Shown here: positions 56,226 through 64,000 of the stretch, one piece after another
Layout: every line of letters starts with the position of its first letter
How positions within the stretch are numbered: the stretch's first letter is position 1
NCBI GenBank assembly: GCA_944350485.1
Contig: CALVPE010000074.1
Coordinates: forward strand, 13,989-77,988
Reading direction: 5' to 3'
Length of the DNA stretch: 64,000 bases
Source: an uncultured Bacilli bacterium
GTDB lineage: Bacteria; Bacillota_I; Bacilli_A; RF39; UBA660
Position numbers and translations under genes: made by a program
The notes under the pieces: generated by a model
Database searches by the model: none
The model's input: the letters and a program-made list of their open reading frames with translations, nothing else
What the model was told of the DNA's origin: nothing

Positions 56226-56544
56226 AATTAATAAATGGATAATAAGCTATTTTTCTAGTTTCTATTTTACTAATACCGTAAATAACATCGTCTGTATTTA
56301 GTATTTCTATAAGATGTGTAACATCACTTATAAATTCTTTTTTATCTTTATAAACACTTGCGATCTTTCTATTATTATCTAAAACAATTTCGTAAATGTA
56401 GTAATGTTTTTCTGGTGAATCTTCAACTTCAAAAAAATTAACAATAGATATATGTTCCAGTCCTATTATTACTTCTGAATCAGTTATATCATCTTTAAAA
56501 AATTTATATCTCATATTTACATATCCTTTATTATTAAATAGCAA
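56212..56544 (-). CDS. hypothetical protein
   Basis: ORF overlapping the start of the ligase gene. sigma70-like promoter about 120 bp upstream. Confidence 0.3.
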   Translation of the reverse strand: MLFNNKGYVNMRYKFFKDDITDSEVIIGLEHISIVNFFEVEDSPEKHYYIYEIVLDNNRKIASVYKDKKEFISDVTHLIEILNTDDVIYGISKIETRKIAYYPFINFEKK

Positions 56545-56814
56545 GCACTTTTTGCTGTGATATGTCTAATCTGACACCATACAGACAATAAGTATAATAC
56601 AAATAAATAGTATAACATAGATAATTTTCTTTATTACATAGTATAATTTTATAAGGTGAATTTATAAAGTCAATAATCTTTGATTAGTTTTGTTAAAAAA
56701 ATTGTGTTGGTGGGAGATGGGGCTACCCACTTTTGTTATGCCCCTTAAACTCATTTTTTTCAATGCTAGGGGGGTATTTACATTAAAAATATTTTTAAAA
56801 AATTAAAAATAAAG

Positions 56815-56844
56815 TTGACTTTAAAAATAAAATAGTGTTATAAT
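56815..56844 (+). promoter_or_regulatory. strong sigma70-like promoter (TTGACT-18-TATAAT) for the right-hand plus-strand operon
   Basis: aaagTTGACTttaaaaataaaatagtgtTATAATaat. Confidence 0.55.
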
Positions 56845-57038
56845 AATAATGTAATTAATAATTTTTAAAATAAATTTTAAAAAATAAAAAAAATATATAT
56901 ATTATATAAAATTTTAAAAAAATAGCCCTGCGAGAGAACACCTATAAAAAGGCTTCTGCTGGCAGTGTATCAAAAAATAGATTGTCAGCAATCGCGGGGC
57001 TGTATTATATATTATTAATAATTAAAATGAGGTTCAAA

Positions 57039-57470
57039 ATGACAAATATATTACAAAAATATTCTAAAAATGATATAAGTAAAGCAATTAATGTAAACAT
57101 ATCATATATTGAGAAGTACATTGAACTAACTTCTAATAAGGACTTCTTGTTAAAGTTAATTGACTTAAATTTAAAAAGTATTAATAAAATCTTGCAAGAG
57201 CAAGAGCAAGCAAGAGCTGAAGCTTTGCAAAATAACACTTTAGTCAATGTTGAGGAGTTCTTAGAAAAGTATAAGACTATAGATAGTCTTATAAAAGAGC
57301 TTTATAATCAAGTGCTATTCTATACAAAGTGTGACGTTGTAGCTTCTTGTGTTATAGAGAACTCTTTTAAAAATTTAAAAATGCAAGTAAAGAGTTTAGC
57401 AGCTGAGGAGCGCGCATTCTTATTATTGCAACAAGAAAAGCAAGAGCAACAAAAGCAAGAAAATAAATAA
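57039..57470 (+). CDS. hypothetical protein, possible HTH regulator. Start revised to the ATG with a GAGG Shine-Dalgarno
   Basis: The ORF track start at 56982 lacks an RBS. ATG at 57039 is preceded by aaatGAGGttcaaa. Gln/Glu-rich C-terminus. Confidence 0.4.
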   Translation: MTNILQKYSKNDISKAINVNISYIEKYIELTSNKDFLLKLIDLNLKSINKILQEQEQARAEALQNNTLVNVEEFLEKYKTIDSLIKELYNQVLFYTKCDVVASCVIENSFKNLKMQVKSLAAEERAFLLLQQEKQEQQKQENK

Positions 57471-57474
57471 ATCA

Positions 57475-57498
57475 AGGGGCGAGAGCCCCTATTATTAA
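57475..57498 (+). terminator. GC-rich hairpin terminator after the first gene of the plus-strand operon
   Basis: AGGGGC-GAGA-GCCCCT followed by an AT-rich tract. Confidence 0.4.
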
Positions 57499-57516
57499 TA
57501 AATAGGACTTAATAAA

Positions 57517-58023
57517 ATGCAAGACAAAATAAAATATATAATAAAAATAAACAATTTTATATCTAAACATAATTTTAAAATGAATGATTTACATTTATTA
57601 ATTAATGTAATTAATAAAAAAATTTTAATTAATGACAAAGTTTATTGTTGTCTTTATAATAGCAACAATTTACAATTCTTAAGATATGTAAATATCTTAA
57701 TAAATTCCTGCTTGTTTACCTCTATAAGAAGCGAGCAGAATATAGATATAATTAATATTAAAAAAGATATTCAATTGAATAATGAATTTTATAAAATTGT
57801 TGAGTACTGTAAAACTAACAAAATAAATTTTTACACTGGCGCCGAAGTTATTAATAAAAACAAACGCAGCAGCTTGTCAAGAATAGGACAAGGTGACCCT
57901 ATAATGTCAAGAGAGGACAAAATAAATAAAAAGGGCGTTGTCAATAAAAAATTAAACGGACAACCACTTTTTAAAAATATTATTAGATATAAACAATTTT
58001 ATTATGGAGAGTTTAAAAAATAA
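57517..58023 (+). CDS. hypothetical protein
   Basis: ORF only. Confidence 0.3.
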   Translation: MQDKIKYIIKINNFISKHNFKMNDLHLLINVINKKILINDKVYCCLYNSNNLQFLRYVNILINSCLFTSIRSEQNIDIINIKKDIQLNNEFYKIVEYCKTNKINFYTGAEVINKNKRSSLSRIGQGDPIMSREDKINKKGVVNKKLNGQPLFKNIIRYKQFYYGEFKK

Positions 58024-58255
58024 ACAACTTGTATTTTTAAGTCCGCCCTCCATACTTTTTTAGTAGGGAGCCCCTCCATATTTATCATATTTTTTTTATG
58101 ATAAATTTTTTTTATTCTAAATTTACAACTACAAGTAAGTAAATTTTTTTGTGGTGTATATAAACCCCGAGTTTTTATTTACTTATAGTTGTATTTTTAT
58201 TTTGATTGTTTAAAAAACAATTGATTGATTATTAATAACATAAAAAGATATAAAA

Positions 58256-58768
58256 ATGATTTTTAAAAATAAAAAAGATTTTAATTTTATAAATAATAAA
58301 CTCATTAATCTAAATGAGCGACTATTTACAATAAATAATACTCTAGATTATAGAGTAGATTATGATAATCTAAAAATTACAATTGGCACTCTTGATTTAC
58401 AAAGTGTGCAAGATTTTCTTGATTTTATTAAAAAGAAAAATGGCAAAGTGCAAGCTTATCAAGATAAGATTAGATTGCAAAAGCAACAAGAAAAAGAAGA
58501 AAAGAAAAAAAGAGAGGACGAACTTTTTAAAAATAATAAAGATAAAGTATGTTTTCAAGATATGAAAGAAATATTTGACTATGATGAAATGCCGATTGGT
58601 GTAACATTCATTTTTAAATATGGCAATCTTATAAAAGATATAGATTGTTATTTTAATGACTATGACTGCCTCTCTGATTTATGGGACGATTGGCAAAGTA
58701 ATAAATTTAATACTGGAATTATTGATTTTGCTAGAAAAGTAGCAGATGATTATATTAAAAATTTATAA
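58256..58768 (+). CDS. hypothetical protein
   Basis: ORF only. Confidence 0.3.
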   Translation: MIFKNKKDFNFINNKLINLNERLFTINNTLDYRVDYDNLKITIGTLDLQSVQDFLDFIKKKNGKVQAYQDKIRLQKQQEKEEKKKREDELFKNNKDKVCFQDMKEIFDYDEMPIGVTFIFKYGNLIKDIDCYFNDYDCLSDLWDDWQSNKFNTGIIDFARKVADDYIKNL

Positions 58769-58865
58769 TTATAAGAAAAATATGCATAAAGTCAAGTGTT
58801 TTGTCGGGAAAACACCTGACAAAGTATGCATAAAATAGATATTTATTAATTTTAGGAGATTAAAA

Positions 58866-59246
58866 ATGACAAAAGACGAATTAAAAGAATTATTTAAAGA
58901 ATCACTATATTACAATGATTTAGTTGTAGTAGGTGAATATTACAGAGGATTTTTGTATACAGATGGTTATGAAAACTTGAAGCAACTTTATTTTGATAAA
59001 GCTTGCGAGTTATGGATTGATAATTTATATCTTAAAAAGGATGGCGATTATATGCTAAATGAAGAAGTATATAATGACTTGACTATTCAGGATATCAAAA
59101 GCGACGTACAGCAAGTATTGACCGGCGACAATATCATAGACCACATAGTAGACACAGACACAGAAGAAGACTATTTTAAAGTGCAAGTGTCAATAAATGG
59201 TGGTTATGATTATGTTAAAGTACATAAAGATTATATAATAAAATAA
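58866..59246 (+). CDS. hypothetical acidic protein
   Basis: ORF with AGGAG RBS. Confidence 0.35.
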   Translation: MTKDELKELFKESLYYNDLVVVGEYYRGFLYTDGYENLKQLYFDKACELWIDNLYLKKDGDYMLNEEVYNDLTIQDIKSDVQQVLTGDNIIDHIVDTDTEEDYFKVQVSINGGYDYVKVHKDYIIK

Positions 59247-59255
59247 GGAGCAAAA

Positions 59256-59813
59256 ATGTCAACAAATAATTTTAATATTTTTAATGAACCTTTTGCATTA
59301 AATAATGAAAAAGCAGAAAATTTTTATTTAGAAAATCAAGATTTATTACAAGAAAATTCTAAATTATCAACAATGAGTTTTCCTGTATATACTATTAAAA
59401 AGTTTAAGACAGTAGAAGTAATATACTGTCCTGCATATTATGAAGGAGCAACTTTAGATTATGATTGTTTTGAAATTGATAATTATGATTTAGATTTATT
59501 TTTTAAATATGATGTTCAAGGTTATCTTGATTATAATGAAAAGACAATTAATCAACTAAACAAGCAAACTCTTTTAGAATTAATAAGAGATTATATTTTT
59601 GATGGATTTTTAGATATAGAACAATTTAAAAATATAACTTTTAGAAACAAAGATAAGAAGCAATTTGTTCAAGAAGTAGTTAATAAAGCAATTAGCAAAG
59701 ATAAGAAAGAAGCTTTAAAATATCTAAAAGATTTAGCTAAACAATATAAAGCTATTGCTATAAATAAGATTGGAAGTTTTAACAATGGAGAAGCAATTTA
59801 TTCAACAAAATAA
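59256..59813 (+). CDS. hypothetical protein
   Basis: ORF with RBS. Confidence 0.35.
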   Translation: MSTNNFNIFNEPFALNNEKAENFYLENQDLLQENSKLSTMSFPVYTIKKFKTVEVIYCPAYYEGATLDYDCFEIDNYDLDLFFKYDVQGYLDYNEKTINQLNKQTLLELIRDYIFDGFLDIEQFKNITFRNKDKKQFVQEVVNKAISKDKKEALKYLKDLAKQYKAIAINKIGSFNNGEAIYSTK

Positions 59814-59822
59814 GGTAATAAA

Positions 59823-59975
59823 ATGAAAAAAAGTTTAAAACTTAGATTAAATTTAACAAAATTTTTGATTAACAAGTTTGATTTAATAATTTTTAAAGAC
59901 AAACTTTTTTCTAAACTAATAGATAATGCTAAAAGTTTAGAAGAAATAGAAAAGATTAAAAATATAATGAGGTAA
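59823..59975 (+). CDS. small ORF (50 aa), not in the ORF track
   Basis: ATG with AAGG RBS. Tightly packed between neighbours. Confidence 0.3.
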   Translation: MKKSLKLRLNLTKFLINKFDLIIFKDKLFSKLIDNAKSLEEIEKIKNIMR

Positions 59976-59978
59976 AAA

Positions 59979-60143
59979 ATGTCAAAAGAAAAGAAACAAA
60001 AATTATTTACAAAATTTATAAACTTTATTAAAGATTGTAAAGATGACTTTGATAAAGATATAAAAGCTGTTGAATTTTTAAAAACTTTAAATAATTCAGC
60101 AGAAAGAAGTTTTATTATTAATTATATTGAGTACAGATTATGA
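59979..60143 (+). CDS. small ORF (54 aa), not in the ORF track
   Basis: ATG with GAGG RBS 7 nt upstream. Confidence 0.3.
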   Translation: MSKEKKQKLFTKFINFIKDCKDDFDKDIKAVEFLKTLNNSAERSFIINYIEYRL

Positions 60144-60265
60144 AGATTTTGATTATTATTTTAAGTTTAATATCTTATGCAAGTGCAAAAGATGTTTGCT
60201 ATACTAACAAAGCAGATAATATTACATATTGTTATAATGCTGAAGGTAGTTATATTAAAGATTAA
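60140..60265 (+). CDS. small secreted peptide (41 aa: signal peptide plus 25-aa Cys-containing mature peptide), not in the ORF track
   Basis: MKILIIILSLISYASA|KDVCYTNKADNITYCYNAEGSYIKD. Start overlaps the preceding stop (ATGA). Confidence 0.3.
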   Translation: MKILIIILSLISYASAKDVCYTNKADNITYCYNAEGSYIKD

Positions 60266-60307
60266 AATATTTTTAGATTACTAACAAATAAAAATATAAG
60301 GAGTAAA

Positions 60308-60637
60308 ATGAAAAAAATACATTTAAATTGTGATAAAATAAAACATCTAGATAGAGAAAAAAAATTTGATATATTTAAAAAATATATATATAAAAAATAT
60401 AATATAAATGAAGAAAAATACCCGTATTTTGGTGTAAGTCAATTATATAACATTATTAGTTTTTCTAATGGAACATTAAAAAGAACTGGCTTTGGTTATG
60501 AACATTTTGATAAAAATGGAAATATGTTAAGTATTTATAGTAACAGCTTGAAAAAAATATATAGAAAATTAAGAGAAGAAGATAAAAATAATGTTTTAAA
60601 ATTACAATTAGGTTGTTTTGGCAATTTTAGTTGTTAG
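60308..60637 (+). CDS. hypothetical protein
   Basis: ORF with AGGAG RBS. Confidence 0.35.
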   Translation: MKKIHLNCDKIKHLDREKKFDIFKKYIYKKYNINEEKYPYFGVSQLYNIISFSNGTLKRTGFGYEHFDKNGNMLSIYSNSLKKIYRKLREEDKNNVLKLQLGCFGNFSC

Positions 60638-60661
60638 ATTATTAATAAATAGGAGTAAAAA

Positions 60662-60943
60662 ATGAAAATAAAATTAAAAAAATTATACATAAAGGGTAAC
60701 TTTGAAAATATTTATCAATATACCAATGCAATTAAAGAAGCATTTAGTAGTTGTACTTATGATAATAATACAGTAGAACCAAAAGAAATTGATATTGAAG
60801 ATATTGATTTTTATAATGACTACTTTTTTTATTCAAGTGATTTTTTGGATATAGTAGAAAATTTTAAAGATGAGGATTATATTCAATATATTCAAGAATC
60901 TTTTGATGTTGAAATAGTATATATTTTTAAAAAAATAAAATAA
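60662..60943 (+). CDS. hypothetical acidic protein
   Basis: ORF with RBS. Confidence 0.35.
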   Translation: MKIKLKKLYIKGNFENIYQYTNAIKEAFSSCTYDNNTVEPKEIDIEDIDFYNDYFFYSSDFLDIVENFKDEDYIQYIQESFDVEIVYIFKKIK

Positions 60944-60952
60944 GGAGAAAAA

Positions 60953-61213
60953 ATGATAAAATTACAAAGAATAATATTAGATTTTAACTATGAATCTCAA
61001 TTTATTGAAACTATACTAGAATCTATAAAAAAAGCTTTTAATGATGATGATGGAATAACAGAAGAAGAATTATTAAAAATTGATGAATGTTGGTTGCCTC
61101 ATGATTATATACAAGAAAACTATAAAAATTATAAAGGAAGTATTCATTTTAAATATGAAGTTGCTAGTGAAAATTATATAGAGTTGTTTTTAGAAGATGA
61201 TTTTAATGATTAA
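60953..61213 (+). CDS. hypothetical acidic protein
   Basis: ORF with RBS. Confidence 0.35.
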   Translation: MIKLQRIILDFNYESQFIETILESIKKAFNDDDGITEEELLKIDECWLPHDYIQENYKNYKGSIHFKYEVASENYIELFLEDDFND

Positions 61214-61230
61214 TAATAAAAGGAAAAAAA

Positions 61231-61512
61231 ATGAATAATATAATTAATGAATTAGAAAAAGTTTATCAAGATGTAGATTATAATGAATACGAAAATATAA
61301 TATGTCTAGATTATATATTACCTACAATTCAAGAAAAAAATCTTGATAAAGCTAACAATCTAGAAATTGATAATGATTGTTATATTATAAGAATTCTATA
61401 CGAAGAAATTAATGAGAGTAGAATTGATATAATAATTAAGAATAAAGATTTTAATATTAATAATCTTATAAAAGATATTAATGAATTAATTAATGAATGT
61501 AATAAATTATAA
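61231..61512 (+). CDS. hypothetical acidic protein
   Basis: ORF with RBS. Confidence 0.35.
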   Translation: MNNIINELEKVYQDVDYNEYENIICLDYILPTIQEKNLDKANNLEIDNDCYIIRILYEEINESRIDIIIKNKDFNINNLIKDINELINECNKL

Positions 61513-61524
61513 TAGGAGTTTAAA

Positions 61525-62364
61525 ATGGAAAATAAAAAATACAAAATTAGAGAAGATTTATCAATAATATATAAAAATAGAAAGCTTTATAGAATAGAAG
61601 CTTTAAAAGATTTTTCTGGTGATAATTTTCAAATTGAAAAAGGAAAATTAGGTGGTTATGTTGAAAGTGAAAAAAACTTATCACAAGAAGGCAACTGTTG
61701 GATATTTTGTAATGCAAAAGTTTATGATAATGCTTGTATATTTGATAACTCATTAGTATTAAATAAAGCAAAAGTATATGGAAATGCTTGGATATTAGGC
61801 GAATGTAAAATAGAAGACAATGCTTGTGTATATGATAATGCAGTAGTAAGTGATAATGTATGTATAAGAGATGATGCTAAAGTATTTGAAAATAGTAGAA
61901 TAAATGGATATGTTCATATTAGAGATAAAGCAAAAGTATATGGAAATGCTGAAATATTTGATAATGTGGTAATAAGAGATAATGCTGAATTATATGAAAA
62001 ATGTTATATTTATGGAAATGCAGTAATTGCTGATAATGCAAAAGTTTATGGACAAGCTTATATAAGTGGAAATGCTGTAATTTTAGAAAATGCAGAAATT
62101 TTTGGTAATACTATAATAAAAGGAACTAGTCATATAAAAGATGAAAAAATAAGTTCTACAAATCAAGTAACAAATATATTTGGTGAAATAGATCTTACAA
62201 TAACACCTAATTATATATCAATATATAGTAATTTTTTTAAAAAAGAAGATTTTTGGAAAATACCAGATGAGGATATTATTCGTCTTTTTTATTGTACAAA
62301 TGAAAATCCTAAAAAACTTTGGAAAAAATGGAAGCCTATATTAAAAGCAATTTGTGAATGTTAA
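61525..62364 (+). CDS. hexapeptide-repeat (left-handed parallel beta-helix) protein
   Basis: About 19 consecutive [IV]-x-[GDE]-[NDK]-[AVC]-x hexads (VYGNAW/ILGECK/IEDNAC/VYDNAV/VSDNVC/IRDDAK...), about six 18-residue turns. Confidence 0.6.
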   Translation: MENKKYKIREDLSIIYKNRKLYRIEALKDFSGDNFQIEKGKLGGYVESEKNLSQEGNCWIFCNAKVYDNACIFDNSLVLNKAKVYGNAWILGECKIEDNACVYDNAVVSDNVCIRDDAKVFENSRINGYVHIRDKAKVYGNAEIFDNVVIRDNAELYEKCYIYGNAVIADNAKVYGQAYISGNAVILENAEIFGNTIIKGTSHIKDEKISSTNQVTNIFGEIDLTITPNYISIYSNFFKKEDFWKIPDEDIIRLFYCTNENPKKLWKKWKPILKAICEC

Positions 62365-62384
62365 TAATAAAATAGGAGATTAAT

Positions 62385-62900
62385 ATGTTAAATTATGAAA
62401 AAATATTAAAAATGAGTAATTATGATTTGTATTATGATAATAATGCTACCATAGAATATAAAGAATATAATAAATTAAAAGATTTTTTATTTGAAAGAGA
62501 TTTTAAATTATATCTTGATTATGTTATAGAAGAAATAAAGAAGCTAAAAGTTCATTGGGATAAAATAGAAAATTATGATATTGATAAATATATAGAAAAA
62601 TATGAAGAAAATTTAGCAGATAGAATTGTAGATTATATAAGAGAAAATAATAAAGAAATACAACCACTTACTTTTGATGCTGAAAAATTTATTAATAAAA
62701 ATAATTTAGAATATTTAAAAGATGAATCTATTAATTTAGTATGTGAATTTTCTAAAAAAGAATTATATGAAATATTAAAATATAACTACATAAAAGATGT
62801 AGATGATGAAGAATTAAGATATAAAATATCAGAACATATTTTATATGATAGTGAATATTTTAATGTTACAGATTTAGTATTAACAAAATTAGGAAAATAA
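62385..62900 (+). CDS. hypothetical acidic protein
   Basis: ORF with RBS. Confidence 0.35.
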   Translation: MLNYEKILKMSNYDLYYDNNATIEYKEYNKLKDFLFERDFKLYLDYVIEEIKKLKVHWDKIENYDIDKYIEKYEENLADRIVDYIRENNKEIQPLTFDAEKFINKNNLEYLKDESINLVCEFSKKELYEILKYNYIKDVDDEELRYKISEHILYDSEYFNVTDLVLTKLGK

Positions 62901-62910
62901 AGGAGATATT

Positions 62911-63324
62911 ATGGGTAGATATTATTATGGAGATATAGAGGGTAAATTTTGGTTTGGTTTACAATCAAGCGATGCACCAGAAAGATTTGGATGTGAAGCT
63001 TGCGAACCATCAACTGTAACTTATTATACAGAAGATAAAAAATTTGTTGAAGATGAAATTGAATTTATAAAAGAAAATTTGGGAAAATATAAAGAACCAA
63101 TGGAATTATTTTTTAAAAATAATGATAGTTTTAATGAAGAAGAAGTATTGGACTTTCTTGTTGACTATTTTTATAAAGATAAAAGTGAAGAAGAAAAAAT
63201 AAAAGAAAAAGATAAGATAAATATTATATATCTTTTAAGAGAATATGCAGATTTACAACTAGGGCAAAAAATATTAGATTGTTTAGAAAAAAATAATTGT
63301 TGTGAATTTGAAGCAGAATATTAA
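62911..63324 (+). CDS. hypothetical acidic protein
   Basis: ORF with RBS. Confidence 0.35.
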   Translation: MGRYYYGDIEGKFWFGLQSSDAPERFGCEACEPSTVTYYTEDKKFVEDEIEFIKENLGKYKEPMELFFKNNDSFNEEEVLDFLVDYFYKDKSEEEKIKEKDKINIIYLLREYADLQLGQKILDCLEKNNCCEFEAEY

Positions 63325-63343
63325 TAAAATAAAGGAGTAAGAT

Positions 63344-63811
63344 ATGAATAATTTTTATATAATATTAAATGAGTTAAAAAAATTAAATATAAATAAAAAA
63401 AAGAATAATGTTATCTTTAAATATGATAATAGACTAATGGTTTTATTAGAAAATAATTTATTTATAGAAATAGATATTATATATAATGATACATACTTAT
63501 TTGAAGATAAAAAATATTATGATTTTAATAAATTGATTTCAAAGAATATGTTAAAAAAAATAGATTATTCTTTGCCTTCAAGAAAATTAATTATGAATGA
63601 TTTTCTTAATCAAGATAATTATGAATTATTAAGAGCAATTGATTTTACAAAAGAAAAAACTTATTTTTGTAAACCTTTTAATAATCAATTCATAGAAGAT
63701 ATAGATTTTAGAAATAATGATTGTGTTAAAGTTTACAAAAATGATAAACAAAAACTTATTATGTTAAATTATAACTATATAAAAATTTATAAAACTAATT
63801 TAGTTTATTAA
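63344..63811 (+). CDS. hypothetical protein
   Basis: ORF with RBS. Confidence 0.35.
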   Translation: MNNFYIILNELKKLNINKKKNNVIFKYDNRLMVLLENNLFIEIDIIYNDTYLFEDKKYYDFNKLISKNMLKKIDYSLPSRKLIMNDFLNQDNYELLRAIDFTKEKTYFCKPFNNQFIEDIDFRNNDCVKVYKNDKQKLIMLNYNYIKIYKTNLVY

Positions 63812-63837
63812 TAATAAAGAAAAAATTATGGAAGAAA

Positions 63838-64000
63838 ATGAATAAAAAAGAAATAAAACAAGAAATGATATCTTTTATACAAGACAATATAGAAGTCTTT
63901 TTAAAAGGTTGGGACTATAATACACAAATAGATGGTTGTGATATTGGTTATTGGATAACAGAAATTGCGGAAAATTGTAGTGACAATGAATATAACCAAA
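63838..64000 (+). CDS. hypothetical protein, 5' partial (runs off the right edge)
   Basis: ATG at 63838 (MNKKEIKQEMISFIQDN...). No stop before the window end. Confidence 0.3.
   Translation, partial: MNKKEIKQEMISFIQDNIEVFLKGWDYNTQIDGCDIGYWITEIAENCSDNEYNQ

Noticed and set aside
56690-56790. GC-rich patch considered as a tRNA or tmRNA fragment / attachment site
   Set aside because: No cloverleaf. No T-arm GTTCGA or CCA context. Kept as an unexplained structured element in findings instead.
56982-57038. Upstream extension of the 57039 gene (ORF-track start at 56982, MSAIAGLYYILLIIKMRFK...)
   Set aside because: No ribosome-binding site. It would translate the structured leader. The ATG at 57039 has a GAGG Shine-Dalgarno at correct spacing.
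1-64000. Search for CRISPR arrays, tRNA genes, integrase, CI/Cro-type repressor, reverse transcriptase (DGR/retron)
   Set aside because: No regularly spaced direct repeats, no cloverleaf-compatible GC-rich segments, and no ORF with tyrosine/serine recombinase, RT (YxDD) or classical repressor signatures were seen. Absence is by-eye only and should be confirmed with tRNAscan-SE, CRISPR finders and HMM searches.

Overview
This window is very AT-rich (about three-quarters A+T by eye) and gene-dense. It is almost entirely bacteriophage or prophage DNA of the contractile-tail (myovirus-like) kind. The only clearly cellular-type gene is a partial folD (methylene-THF dehydrogenase/cyclohydrolase) running off the left edge on the minus strand (1..550), so the left 0.6 kb is either host flank or a phage-carried metabolic gene. 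No integrase, repressor, tRNA or CRISPR array was recognised.

From about 0.7 to 56.5 kb nearly everything is on the minus strand. In transcription order (right to left) it reads:
- large terminase with an intein, then portal, neck proteins, tail sheath, tail tube, a frameshifted tail-chaperone pair, tape measure, a Mu/P2-like baseplate (V, W/gp46, J, I) and tail fibres
- a block of small hypotheticals
- a plus-strand replication and nucleotide island: dCMP deaminase, DnaC-like loader, DnaB helicase with an intein, GapR-like DUF2312 protein, dUTPase
- SSB, PD-(D/E)xK exonuclease plus RecT
- HK97 prohead protease and HK97-fold major capsid protein, unusually far from portal and terminase
- an HU-like protein on the plus strand, a lysis-like cassette (holin-like, membrane proteins, overlapping i-/o-spanin pair)
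- an SF2 DECH helicase carrying a LAGLIDADG intein, an HNH endonuclease
- an inserted IS200/IS605 element (tnpA plus frameshifted tnpB with a GC-rich 3' omega-RNA-like end)
- two orphan DNA methyltransferases and a Ro60/Rsr-like TROVE+vWA protein

Right of the terminase (52.9-56.5 kb, minus strand) lie a second tail-fibre locus, a secreted thermonuclease and an Rnl5-like RNA ligase. From 56.8 kb a sigma70-type promoter drives a plus-strand operon of many small acidic proteins. These include a hexapeptide (left-handed beta-helix) repeat protein and unannotated small ORFs, separated by GC-containing structured intergenic elements.

The most striking sequence-level signal is an 11-mer, AGACTTCCATT. 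It occurs six times, always on the minus strand and always followed after 16-17 nt by a TATAAT-like hexamer. Five copies sit 45-55 bp upstream of late or structural gene blocks, a candidate phage-specific late promoter class. Early genes instead carry textbook TTGACA-N17-TATAAT promoters.
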